Positions 39,361 through 48,313 of a DNA stretch of 64,000 nucleotides are shown here, one piece after another (the stretch's first letter is position 1; the number at the start of each line of letters is the position of its first letter). Source of the DNA: an uncultured delta proteobacterium (lineage in GTDB: Bacteria; Desulfobacterota; Binatia; UBA9968); assembly GCA_963816145.1 (NCBI GenBank), contig CAWFJP010000003.1, positions 736,001 through 800,000 on the forward strand, read 5' to 3'. The position numbers and the translations under genes are program-made. The notes under the pieces were generated by a model that made no database searches, had not been told where the DNA came from, and saw only the letters and a list, made by a program, of their open reading frames with translations.

Positions 39361-39390
39361 GCCGAAGTAAGAAGGCGAACGAGGTCGGTC

Positions 39391-40476
39391 TTGAAAATCA
39401 TTTTGGTCAAAAGTCCAAAGGTTCAAAGGTTCAACGTTCTCGGGTTCTTGATCCTCTCCGTGCTTGAACTTTTGCACCCTTTGAACCTTGAACGAGCGTC
39501 AGCACAGACGCCCTACTATCAAGGCAAAACCATCCGGTTCATCGTCGGCTACCAACCCGGTGACAATCACGACCAGTGGTCGCGCGCCTATGCGCGCTTC
39601 ATGGGCAAGTATCTTCCCGGCAATCCCAACTTTCTCGTGCAAAATATGCCGGGCGCCGGCGCGATGATCGCGGCCAATCATATCTACAACATGACCAAGC
39701 CGGACGGCTTGACGCTCGGCACCCTCGGCGGCGCCTTGATCATGGCGCAGATCACCGGCCGCAAGGAAGTGCAATTCGATTGGTCTAAGTTCGGTTGGAT
39801 CGGCACGCCGTACCGCGCCGGTCATGTGCTGTTCATGCGCAGCGATACGCCGGTCAAGACCTTGGAGCAACTGCGCCAGACCAACGACCCGCCGCGCTGT
39901 TCCGCCACCGGCGTTGGCAGCACCGGCTATGACATTCCGCGCTTGCTCGAAGACGCCTTCGGCTTCAAATTCAAAGTCATCAGCGGCTACCCAGGTGGCG
40001 CCGATCAAGACCTGGCGATGGAAAGAAACGAAGTGCAGTGCCGCGCCATCACCACCGACGGTTTCTTCGGCCGCGAGCCGTTTATTACATGGTACAAGAA
40101 AGGCTTTGTGCGTATCTGGCTGCAAACCGAAAAGCAGCGCCACCCCAAAGCCGCTGACGCGCCGACGATTTTCGAGTTAATGGATCAATTCAAGATCGCC
40201 GATACCAAGCGGCGCTTGGTGCATACTTACTTGGGCTTGTGGGGCTTTGGCTCGATGCCGGTGATCACTTCGCCAGGATTACCCGCCGAGCGCCTGACGA
40301 TGCTGCGCGACGCTTGGGCCAAGACCTTCGCCGATGCGGAATTTCAAGAGGACCTCGCCAAGCGAAACTGGGAAGCCCGGCCGGTATTCGGTGAAGAACT
40401 GCAAAATCTCGCCAAAGATGTAGTCAATCAGCCGCCGGAAGTCGCCAGCGCGCTGAAACGAATTCTCGGTCAATAA
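39391..40476 (+). CDS. tctC: TctC/Bug substrate-binding protein (array 15, group D, hairpin leader at 39405-39493)
   Basis: QPGDNHDQWSR; GAGGT before TTG. Confidence 0.88.
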   Translation: MKIILVKSPKVQRFNVLGFLILSVLELLHPLNLERASAQTPYYQGKTIRFIVGYQPGDNHDQWSRAYARFMGKYLPGNPNFLVQNMPGAGAMIAANHIYNMTKPDGLTLGTLGGALIMAQITGRKEVQFDWSKFGWIGTPYRAGHVLFMRSDTPVKTLEQLRQTNDPPRCSATGVGSTGYDIPRLLEDAFGFKFKVISGYPGGADQDLAMERNEVQCRAITTDGFFGREPFITWYKKGFVRIWLQTEKQRHPKAADAPTIFELMDQFKIADTKRRLVHTYLGLWGFGSMPVITSPGLPAERLTMLRDAWAKTFADAEFQEDLAKRNWEARPVFGEELQNLAKDVVNQPPEVASALKRILGQ

Positions 40477-40513
40477 TATAGACTCGGTAAATCAAGTTTT
40501 GCGGCTAATTCTG

Positions 40514-40542
40514 TTGACGGTCATCGCTAGATGCGATAAGCA
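40514..40542 (+). promoter_or_regulatory. Possible sigma70 promoter for tctA
   Basis: TTGACG-17 bp-TAAGCA; weak -10. Confidence 0.3.
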
Positions 40543-40580
40543 GCATGAGCCGCTAACATACGCGGCATCAGGAGACTTTC

Positions 40581-42080
40581 ATGCTTGACGCTTTTATCAG
40601 TGGATTTTGGCAAACCGTCGCATGGCCGGCCTTCGGCTACATGCTGATCGGTATCTCCATCGGCTTTTTCGTCGGCCTGCTACCGGGTATCGGCGGCTTA
40701 TCGACGCTCGCGCTCATGCTGCCATTTTCCTACTCGATTAAGGAGCCCATCGCAGCCTTCGCCTTTCTGCTTGGCATGTTGGCCGTCACCGGCACCACCG
40801 GCGATTTGACTTCGATCTTGTTCGGGATCCCTGGGGAGGGGTCCTCCGCCGCCTTGATACTCGACGGCTACCCAATGTCAAAAAACGGTGAGGCCGGCCG
40901 CGCCTTGGGTGCGGCGATCATGAGTTCAGTCCTCGGCTCAGTCATTGGCGCCCTGTCGCTGGCGTTATCGATCCCGATCATGCGGCCGTTGGTACTGCTG
41001 TTCGGCTCGCCGGAACTGTTCATCATCGCCATCATGGGTATCACCTTCATCGGCACATTGGCCGGACCGTCGCTCATCAAGGGGCTGCTCGCCGGCGGTA
41101 TCGGCCTCATGCTCGCCTCAATCGGCGTCGACCCGCAAACCGGCTCGTTACGATACACCTTCGGCACGCTCTATCTTTGGGATCGGCTTGATCTCATCCC
41201 GGTGGTTGTCGGCATGTTCGCGATCCCCGAGATCGTCGATCTCGCGGTGCGCGGCACCAGTATCGCCAGTGACAAACAAGAAAAGCTCCACGGCGTCATG
41301 GAAGGCGTCAAAGACACCTTCGTCCACTTCTGGTTGGTGGTGCGATGCAGCTTGATCGGCGTCTATTTCGGCGTCCTACCGGTGCTCGGCGCCAACGTCG
41401 CCCAATGGATATCCTATGCGCACGCAGTGCAAGGCTTGAAAGACAAGTCGCGCGCCGGTAAAGGCGCCATCGAAGGCCTTCTTGGCCCCGGCGCGGCTAA
41501 TAATTCGACACGTGGCGGTGATCTGATCCCAACGATAGCATTCGGCATACCGGGAAGCGGAGCAATGGCTTTGCTGCTCGGAGCGATGTTGATCGTCGGC
41601 TTGAATCCCGGCCCGGAGATGCTCAAGTCCCGTCTCGATGTCACATTCTCGATGGTCTGGGTACTAATCCTCGCCAACATCATCGTCGCGGCACTGTGTT
41701 TCTTGATCTTGAACCACTTGGCTGCGCTGACGTTTATCCGCGGCGCATTATTGATCCCGTTCCTGTTGTTCTTGGTATTCATCGGATCGTTCACCGCTAA
41801 TAACGACCTCGCCGACATCGTCGTCACGCTGCTCTTCGGGATCATTGGCTACTGCATGGTCAAATTCGGTTGGCCGCGGCCGCCGCTCATCCTCGGCCTT
41901 ACCCTCGGGAAAATTGCCGAAAACTATTTGTGGATCTCCACGGCAGCTTACGGCGCCAAATGGCTGCTCTTCCCGACCGTAATGGGCCTCATCGCCCTCA
42001 CCATATTCACCGTTGCCTACCCGACCATCAAAGAACGCATGGGCAAAGCGAAGTACGAACGGCCAGAGGACGCGGTGTAG
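40581..42080 (+). CDS. tctA: TctA-family large transmembrane subunit
   Basis: VGLLPGIG, ILFGIPG, DGYPM..GEAGRAL, AANNS, IPTIAFGIPG, GLNPGP, PPLILGL. Confidence 0.92.
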   Translation: MLDAFISGFWQTVAWPAFGYMLIGISIGFFVGLLPGIGGLSTLALMLPFSYSIKEPIAAFAFLLGMLAVTGTTGDLTSILFGIPGEGSSAALILDGYPMSKNGEAGRALGAAIMSSVLGSVIGALSLALSIPIMRPLVLLFGSPELFIIAIMGITFIGTLAGPSLIKGLLAGGIGLMLASIGVDPQTGSLRYTFGTLYLWDRLDLIPVVVGMFAIPEIVDLAVRGTSIASDKQEKLHGVMEGVKDTFVHFWLVVRCSLIGVYFGVLPVLGANVAQWISYAHAVQGLKDKSRAGKGAIEGLLGPGAANNSTRGGDLIPTIAFGIPGSGAMALLLGAMLIVGLNPGPEMLKSRLDVTFSMVWVLILANIIVAALCFLILNHLAALTFIRGALLIPFLLFLVFIGSFTANNDLADIVVTLLFGIIGYCMVKFGWPRPPLILGLTLGKIAENYLWISTAAYGAKWLLFPTVMGLIALTIFTVAYPTIKERMGKAKYERPEDAV

Positions 42081-42269
42081 GCCGCGTCCGGCAGTCACGG
42101 GTTACGAGTCTCGGGTTTCGTGTTAAAACGGTACCCGAGATTTTTTTTGTCCAGTTCGATCATTGCATGATCAATCTAGAACCCGGAGCCGCTTCATAGC
42201 AGTTGACAGCGACTTGCTTTCAGTGGGATAAGCAAAGCATCTGACAGATCCAAGGGAGGACATCCAATT

Positions 42270-43934
42270 ATGGCTCATGATGTAGTCATTAAGAACGGCA
42301 ACGTCATCGACGGTAGCGGCAGTCCGGCTTTCCAAGCGGATGTTGCCATCGATGGCGACAAAATCACCGCCATCGGTAAAAATCTCGGCGGCGGCTCGAA
42401 GGAGATCGACGCCAAAGGGCATGTCGTCGCGCCCGGTTTCATCGATTCGCATACCCACATGGATGCGTTCGTCGTCCAGTACCCCAACGGCAACCCGGTA
42501 GTGAACTATGGCGTCACCAGCATCGTCATCGGCGACTGCGGCGCCTCCTGCGCGCCGGTGCCGCCCAAGCCCGAGCCGCGCAAAGTTTTGGTCGAATACC
42601 TGCGCCGCGTGCTCGACAAATATGTCGACGACAAAGATTGGCGCTGGAATACTTTCGGCGAATATTTGAACTATCTTGAAGGCAAGATCGCCATCAACTG
42701 TTTGCCGCTCATGCCCCACTCTCCAGTCCGGTTAACTGTCATGGGCGAAGCCGCCTACCAGCGCGCCGCCAATCCCGAAGAGCTAAACGCCATGAAGGCG
42801 ATGGTGCGCGAAGGCATGGAATTGGGCGCCATTGGCTTCTCCACCAGCCCGCGCGGCGGCCCGGCAATTCACGCCGGCACACCGAGCACCTTTGCCGAGC
42901 ATCAAGAGATCATCGAACTCGCCAATGTCGCCGCCGAGTACAAGGGCTGTTTTCAATTCAACGGCTTCCAGATGGTCCTGCAACCGGAGTCCGGCGTGCC
43001 GGAGATGCTGACCAAAATCAAAGCGCTGCAGATCGGCAACGAGTTCCGTGTCCGGCCCGGCGCCAAAGCCGCAGGCATGGAATCGATTAGATACATGGAA
43101 GAAGCGCAAAAGCGCGGCCAAGATATTTACGGCGTCGTCATTCCGTACCAGCATATTCGGCGATTTAACCTGGATGACTGCTTCCTATTCAACGGCCTGC
43201 CGACCTGGGAGGCGATTAAGAACTCCAATGATCTCAAAGCCAAGTTGAGCGACAAAGACACCCGCCGTAAGATCGAACAAGAGCGCATCGCCTGCCAAGG
43301 CAAGCTCGAGTTTCCCGAATGGCATGGCTGGGACCGCGTCGTGTTCGAGCATCTGGAAAAACCGGAACTCAAGAAACTCGAACAGAAGAACATGGCTGAA
43401 GTCGCCCGCCTCACCGAGAAACAACCGGTGGACGCCTTCTTTGACATCTGGATCGAGGACAACTTCAACTCGCAGATTCTCTATCACGGCCTCGCCAACG
43501 CGCATCCCGAACTGCTCGCCGAGATGATCAAGTCCGACACCAGCTTGATCGGCACCGACGTCGGCGCCCATCTCGACCGCTTCTTCTGGCATGGCGCGCC
43601 AACCAAGATCCTGGGCTACTGGCGCCGCGAGAAACATCTCATGAGCTTGGAAGCCGCCGTGCACAAACTTACAGGCTATCCGGCGAAAAAACTGCGCCTC
43701 AACCGGGGATTGGTGCGAGAAGGAATGCCGGCCGACGTGACGGTGTTCGACGCCGACAAGATCGACGATTTGGTCAGCAAAAAACTCCCCGACATGGTCG
43801 ACGCTCAGGAAGTGCAACGCCACCCGCCCGGAATGAAAGCCGTGCTGGTTAACGGCGCCACCGTCGTCGAAGACGGTCACTGCCTCGACGTTTTCCCCGG
43901 CAAAGTGCGCCGTCAGCAACTCTGCCTGAACTAA
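42270..43934 (+). CDS. N-acyl-D-amino-acid deacylase-like amidohydrolase
   Basis: VIDGSG, APGFIDSHTHMD, GVTSIVIGDCG, GTDVGAH, EAAVHKLT, ADVTVFD. Confidence 0.88.
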   Translation: MAHDVVIKNGNVIDGSGSPAFQADVAIDGDKITAIGKNLGGGSKEIDAKGHVVAPGFIDSHTHMDAFVVQYPNGNPVVNYGVTSIVIGDCGASCAPVPPKPEPRKVLVEYLRRVLDKYVDDKDWRWNTFGEYLNYLEGKIAINCLPLMPHSPVRLTVMGEAAYQRAANPEELNAMKAMVREGMELGAIGFSTSPRGGPAIHAGTPSTFAEHQEIIELANVAAEYKGCFQFNGFQMVLQPESGVPEMLTKIKALQIGNEFRVRPGAKAAGMESIRYMEEAQKRGQDIYGVVIPYQHIRRFNLDDCFLFNGLPTWEAIKNSNDLKAKLSDKDTRRKIEQERIACQGKLEFPEWHGWDRVVFEHLEKPELKKLEQKNMAEVARLTEKQPVDAFFDIWIEDNFNSQILYHGLANAHPELLAEMIKSDTSLIGTDVGAHLDRFFWHGAPTKILGYWRREKHLMSLEAAVHKLTGYPAKKLRLNRGLVREGMPADVTVFDADKIDDLVSKKLPDMVDAQEVQRHPPGMKAVLVNGATVVEDGHCLDVFPGKVRRQQLCLN

Positions 43935-43966
43935 GACGTTTTACTGACCGTTTTCCCTTCCCTTCT

Positions 43967-44006
43967 CCTCACCCTCTCCCGTTCCGGGAGAGGGTTGGGG
44001 TAAGGG
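43967..44006. repeat. CCCTCTCCC...GGGAGAGGG palindromic element (possible terminator or stabiliser)
   Basis: CCTCACCCTCTCCCGTTCCGGGAGAGGGTTGGGGTAAGGG. Confidence 0.65.
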
Positions 44007-44042
44007 ATTTTTAATTTCATCTAAAGAAGGATTACGACAACC

Positions 44043-45041
44043 ATGAAAGCCTGTGCCATCGATGTTCATCACCACTATGTGCCGGAGAGTCTACTGGAAG
44101 AGGCGAAAAAACGCGGCCAACACCTGGGCGTCACCTTGACCGAGAAAGACGGCAATCGCTCGCTCTCCTTCGCCGGCGGACCGCCGTTTCTCCTGCATCC
44201 GGAATTGCCGGCCATCGATCAGCGGCTCAAGATGATGGAGGACTCCAGACTCGCCATGGCGGCCCTGGAAGCGCACACGGCGACTTTAGGATACCGGCTC
44301 ACCGGCGAGCAGGGCGAGAACTGGTGCAATGTCTACAATGACGGCATCGCCGAGTTGGTAAAAAAATATCCCGACCGTTTCGTCGGCATGGCCTCAGTGC
44401 CGCTGCAAGATCCGGCGCGTGCTGCGAAAGTGTTGGAGCGCGCGGTGCGCGATTTGAACTTTCGCGGCGGTTATATCGGCACCAACGTCAACGGCAATTA
44501 CTACAACAGCGACGAATTCGATCCGTTCTGGGCCAAAGCCCAGGATCTCGGCGTCATGGTGGTCATGCACCCCGAAGATGTCGCCGGTTCTGAAAAGATG
44601 AATCCCTTCGGGTTAAAATTAATCTGCGGCAACCCTGCCGACAGCGCGCTCTGCTTCGGCATGATGACGTACAGCGGTGTGTTCGACCGTTTCCCCAATC
44701 TCAAACTTTGCATCCTTCACGGCGGCGGCTTCTTCCCCTACCATCTCGGCCGCTTCGACCAAGGCTGGGCCGTCCGGGCCGGTCCCCGCGCCGCCAAGGC
44801 GAAGATGGCGCCGAGTTCCTATTTAAAAAATATTTACTACGACAACATGATCTACCGCCTCGACACGATCAAATACCTGATCGGACTCGGCGGCATCGAT
44901 CACATCATGGTCGGCACCGATTACCCTTACGATCTCGGCGACTGGGATGCGGCTAAGAAAGTCGAACAACTGGACATTCCAGAAGCCGACAAGATGCTGA
45001 TGCTGGAAGGCAACGCTAAACAGCTTCTACGGATCAAATAG
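44043..45041 (+). CDS. Amidohydrolase_2 family, ACMSD-like
   Basis: IDVHHH, VPLQDP, IGTNVNG, VMHP, LHGGGFFPY, GTDYPYDLG. Confidence 0.88.
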   Translation: MKACAIDVHHHYVPESLLEEAKKRGQHLGVTLTEKDGNRSLSFAGGPPFLLHPELPAIDQRLKMMEDSRLAMAALEAHTATLGYRLTGEQGENWCNVYNDGIAELVKKYPDRFVGMASVPLQDPARAAKVLERAVRDLNFRGGYIGTNVNGNYYNSDEFDPFWAKAQDLGVMVVMHPEDVAGSEKMNPFGLKLICGNPADSALCFGMMTYSGVFDRFPNLKLCILHGGGFFPYHLGRFDQGWAVRAGPRAAKAKMAPSSYLKNIYYDNMIYRLDTIKYLIGLGGIDHIMVGTDYPYDLGDWDAAKKVEQLDIPEADKMLMLEGNAKQLLRIK

Positions 45042-45101
45042 CGGCGTTCGCGACGCCGTTAACGCGTCGGTTTAATCAGTCCCCAAGACTGAATCATCGG
45101 C

Positions 45102-45377
45102 TCACCACGAAGTCACGAAGAGCACGAAGTTCGGAAAAATTGTCCGAACCCTTCGTGTCCTTCGTGCCTCCATAGAAAATACCTGTGCAGGTATGATCCG
45201 GGCGACGAATTGGTACGAGGTTTCCGTCATACCGGCGAAAGCCGGTATCCATCCCCTCCCGCCCCTGGATGCCGGCCTTCGCCGGCATGACGAGTGAAGG
45301 AAAGAACGATGTGGAGGGGGGTTCCTTGCAATTTCATCCTCAGTTGACGAGCGTAAGCTAATGAACACTTCGTGATG
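45102..45377. mobile_element. CACGAAG palindrome carrying copy 2 of the ~200-bp element (45173-45377)
   Basis: Complete left arm; right arm interrupted after CTTCGTGCCTCC and resuming at CTTCGTGATG, as at 9015-9217. Confidence 0.75.
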
Positions 45378-45385
45378 AACAAGCC

Positions 45386-46237
45386 TTAACGTGAAACTAG
45401 AGTACCGCGAAATTTGCTATCCACTCCCGACTTCCGCGCGAAACCTTCAATCACAGCGCCATCCACTATACCGGTGTATTGCATGCCGCCAGCGGCAAAC
45501 GCAATCTGATCGCCGCGCAGTCTCCCGGATACCGGCACGGTAGTGCCGCCGCTCGTCAAGGTCCCAGAAAAGCTTTGGTAGCTCTGCTTGATGACCAGCT
45601 CGCCTTGGAGTAGCTTCCACCGGCCGGAAACTTTAGCCGGCACGATCCACAAACGGCCGGAGCAGAATTTTTCACAGCCAGCCTCAGACGAGAAACTCTC
45701 ATCGGGATTCCAGTCGCCAATGGCGAAGGTGTTGGCGACTACACGGGCGCCCGGCTTGAGCGCGAGAAGTTTAGGCCGCAGGCGGATATTCATCTCCGGG
45801 GTCAGAAATAATACCACCACGGTCGCTTTCGAAAAATCCGCTGCGAATACATCGCCGCGCTCGAATGTCGCGCGGTCGCTGACCCGCTCTTTGGCCGCCA
45901 AGCTCTTCGACAACTCGACCAGCTCGCCATTGTACTCGATGCCATGGGCGCGCGCGCCGCGCTTGGCCGCCGCAATGACGTTGCGCCCGTCGCCGGAACC
46001 GAGATCGACCACGAAGTCCTGCGGCGTCACTGCGGCGACATCGAGCATTTTCTGCACCATCGCCTCGGGGTTACCGACCCAAACGACATCTTTACCGAGC
46101 TGCCCGGACTTGGGCTGGTAAATTTCACCCGCGTGGGCGAGCGAACCGGCCGCTAAGATCATGATGCATGCGCTGGCAAAGGCGCGAACTCGCCATCGTC
46201 GATCCTCAATCATCGATTTTGGATTTCCCGCGACCAA
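45386..46237 (-). CDS. Class I SAM-dependent methyltransferase with signal peptide (tandem 3); start may be ATG 46213
   Basis: GQLGKDVVWV, VDLGSGDGR, GIEYN. Confidence 0.85.
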   Translation of the reverse strand: MVAGNPKSMIEDRRWRVRAFASACIMILAAGSLAHAGEIYQPKSGQLGKDVVWVGNPEAMVQKMLDVAAVTPQDFVVDLGSGDGRNVIAAAKRGARAHGIEYNGELVELSKSLAAKERVSDRATFERGDVFAADFSKATVVVLFLTPEMNIRLRPKLLALKPGARVVANTFAIGDWNPDESFSSEAGCEKFCSGRLWIVPAKVSGRWKLLQGELVIKQSYQSFSGTLTSGGTTVPVSGRLRGDQIAFAAGGMQYTGIVDGAVIEGFARKSGVDSKFRGTLVSR

Positions 46238-46238
46238 C

Positions 46239-47060
46239 CTACTTGGCTTGCGTTGCCGTCCAGGTACCGCCGGAACTCAGAGTCCCTTCCATGCTGTTGC
46301 CGCTGACCTGGCCGACATAAACCACGCCGGCGGCGTTGAACAGGATCTGATCGCCTTTGAGTTTGCCGTTGGCGATTGGCGTGACCTCGTTGCCGCTTTT
46401 CAGCGTGCCGGTAATGAACTGATAACTCTGCTGTAACGTTAATTCGCCCTGCGGCAACTTCCATGTGCCGTCGACCTTCGCCGGCACGATCCATAAGAGC
46501 GCTGTGCACCAGTTGATGCATTCGCTATCGAGAGTATCGCTGCCATCTTCGTGCCACTCGCCCATGGTGAACGTGTTCGACACGATGCGCGTGCCCGGTT
46601 TCAAGTCGAGGATTTTCGGCCGCAATTTGAGATTGATCTGCGGCAGGAGAAACATCGTGATCACCGAAGCCTTGGAAAAATCGCTCTCGAACAAATCTTC
46701 CTTGGCGAAGGTCGCCCGCTCGCTCACTCTGGCGGCAGCGGCGTTGCGCTTGGATAGCTCGACCATTTCCGGATTGTATTCGATGCCGTGGGCGCGGGCG
46801 CCGCGCTTGGCGGCCATGATGACCGTGCGGCCATCGCCGGAACCGAGATCGATCAGGTAATCGCTCGCCGTGACGTTGCCCAGGTTGAGCATCTTTTCGA
46901 CCAGCTCATCGGGTGTCGGCACCCACACCACATCTTTCCCCGGCTGACCGACGCGTGGTTCAAACCCGCGCGCAGGCTGAGCATGAGCCGGTGACGCTGC
47001 TAACGAAGCGGCGATAAGGAAAGCGAGCTGCCACGCCAAAATCATTTTTCTCACCCGCAT
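46239..47060 (-). CDS. Class I SAM-dependent methyltransferase with signal peptide (tandem 2)
   Basis: AHA cleavage site, GQPGKDVVWVPTP, IDLGSGDGR, LKPGTRIVSN. Confidence 0.88.
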   Translation of the reverse strand: MRVRKMILAWQLAFLIAASLAASPAHAQPARGFEPRVGQPGKDVVWVPTPDELVEKMLNLGNVTASDYLIDLGSGDGRTVIMAAKRGARAHGIEYNPEMVELSKRNAAAARVSERATFAKEDLFESDFSKASVITMFLLPQINLKLRPKILDLKPGTRIVSNTFTMGEWHEDGSDTLDSECINWCTALLWIVPAKVDGTWKLPQGELTLQQSYQFITGTLKSGNEVTPIANGKLKGDQILFNAAGVVYVGQVSGNSMEGTLSSGGTWTATQAK

Positions 47061-47134
47061 GTTCGTCTCCTGGCTCAACCGCACGCAATCCCGAGAGCTG
47101 CAGACTCTATCAACTGGGAGTCCAATCTTACTCC

Positions 47135-47246
47135 GTCACCCCGGTGAAAACCGGGGTCCATCTCCATCTCCTTAACCTGGATACCGTTCTTCAACGGTAT
47201 GACGGACGCTGTCCGTCACCTGGATGCCGGTTTTCACCGGCATGAC
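47135..47246. repeat. REP-like cluster of three hairpin units
   Basis: GTCACCCCGGTGAAAACCGGGGTCCA, TGGATACCGTTCTTCAACGGTATGAC, TGGATGCCGGTTTTCACCGGCATGAC. Confidence 0.8.
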
Positions 47247-47310
47247 GGATTTACGTTGGCTCGCACGCGATGGAATCGACCGCCCTTTTGCGAGCTGTTT
47301 TTTTGCACGA

Positions 47311-48123
47311 CTATTTCCCCGCCCGCGTCGCCTTCCAATTGCTGCTCGACTTGGCCTGTCCTTCGATTGAATTACCGCTGACCCGGCCAGAGTATTCGAC
47401 CCCGCCGGCGCTAAACGTGATTTGGTCGCCGTTGAGTTTGCCGTTGGCGATCGCCGCGCTGCTATTGCCGGACTTCAGCGTACCGGACAGCATCTGATAG
47501 GTCTGTTTCAGCGTCAGCTCGCCCTGGGGCGTCTGCCATATGCCATCGACCTTGGCCGGCACGATCCACAGGTGAGCCGTGCAATATGAGACGCATCCCT
47601 CCTTGACGGTTGCGGTTTCGTCGGCGCTCCAATCGCCCATGGTGAACGAATTGGAAACGATGCGCGTCCCGGGCTTTAAATCGAGAATCTTCGGACGCAG
47701 GCGGATATTGATATCCGGCAACAAGAACATCGTGATCACTTGCGCCTGGGAGAAATCGCTCTCGAACAAATCGGCTTTCATAAAGCTCGCTTTGTCGCTG
47801 ACGCCTTCCTTGGCGGCGTTGCGTTTGGACAGCTCGACCATGTCGGGATTGTACTCGATGCCAAGCGCTTTGGCGCCGCGCTTGGCGGCCGTTATCACCG
47901 TGCGGCCGTCGCCGGAGCCAAGATCGATGACATAGTCGTTCGCCGTCACCTTGGCCATGTCGAGCATCTTGTCGACCAGCGCCTGCGGTGTCGGCACCCA
48001 GATGACGTCCTTACCCTCCTGGCCCACCTGCGGTTGGAATTCCTGCCCGGCTTGGCCGGCGGAGGAGCTGCTGGCAAGGCAGAATAGAATCGCGAAAGTG
48101 GCCCACATCGTCGTGCGTTTCAT
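47311..48123 (-). CDS. Class I SAM-dependent methyltransferase with signal peptide (tandem 1)
   Basis: GQEGKDVIWVPTP, IDLGSGDGR; AAGGAG RBS. Confidence 0.88.
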   Translation of the reverse strand: MKRTTMWATFAILFCLASSSSAGQAGQEFQPQVGQEGKDVIWVPTPQALVDKMLDMAKVTANDYVIDLGSGDGRTVITAAKRGAKALGIEYNPDMVELSKRNAAKEGVSDKASFMKADLFESDFSQAQVITMFLLPDINIRLRPKILDLKPGTRIVSNSFTMGDWSADETATVKEGCVSYCTAHLWIVPAKVDGIWQTPQGELTLKQTYQMLSGTLKSGNSSAAIANGKLNGDQITFSAGGVEYSGRVSGNSIEGQAKSSSNWKATRAGK

Positions 48124-48313
48124 TTGCACTCCTTAAATAAACAAATGGTTGTTTCAAACGTCTCACGGCGTAAACAAAATGTCCAGTAAAACGCCCTCTC
48201 GGAGCCGCGACATCGTTGGTTTGCTTCGCCATCTCCATCGATGATAAAAAATGACGCAACGCACGCGGCAGCGCGTCGTACCAAATCATTTCAACTGAAT
48301 AGGAGACCGTTTC

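Noticed and set aside
21497-40476. Array as an integron or diversity-generating retroelement
   Set aside because: No integrase or reverse transcriptase in the window, no convincing attC boxes at gene 3' ends and no adenine-specific template/variable repeat pair.
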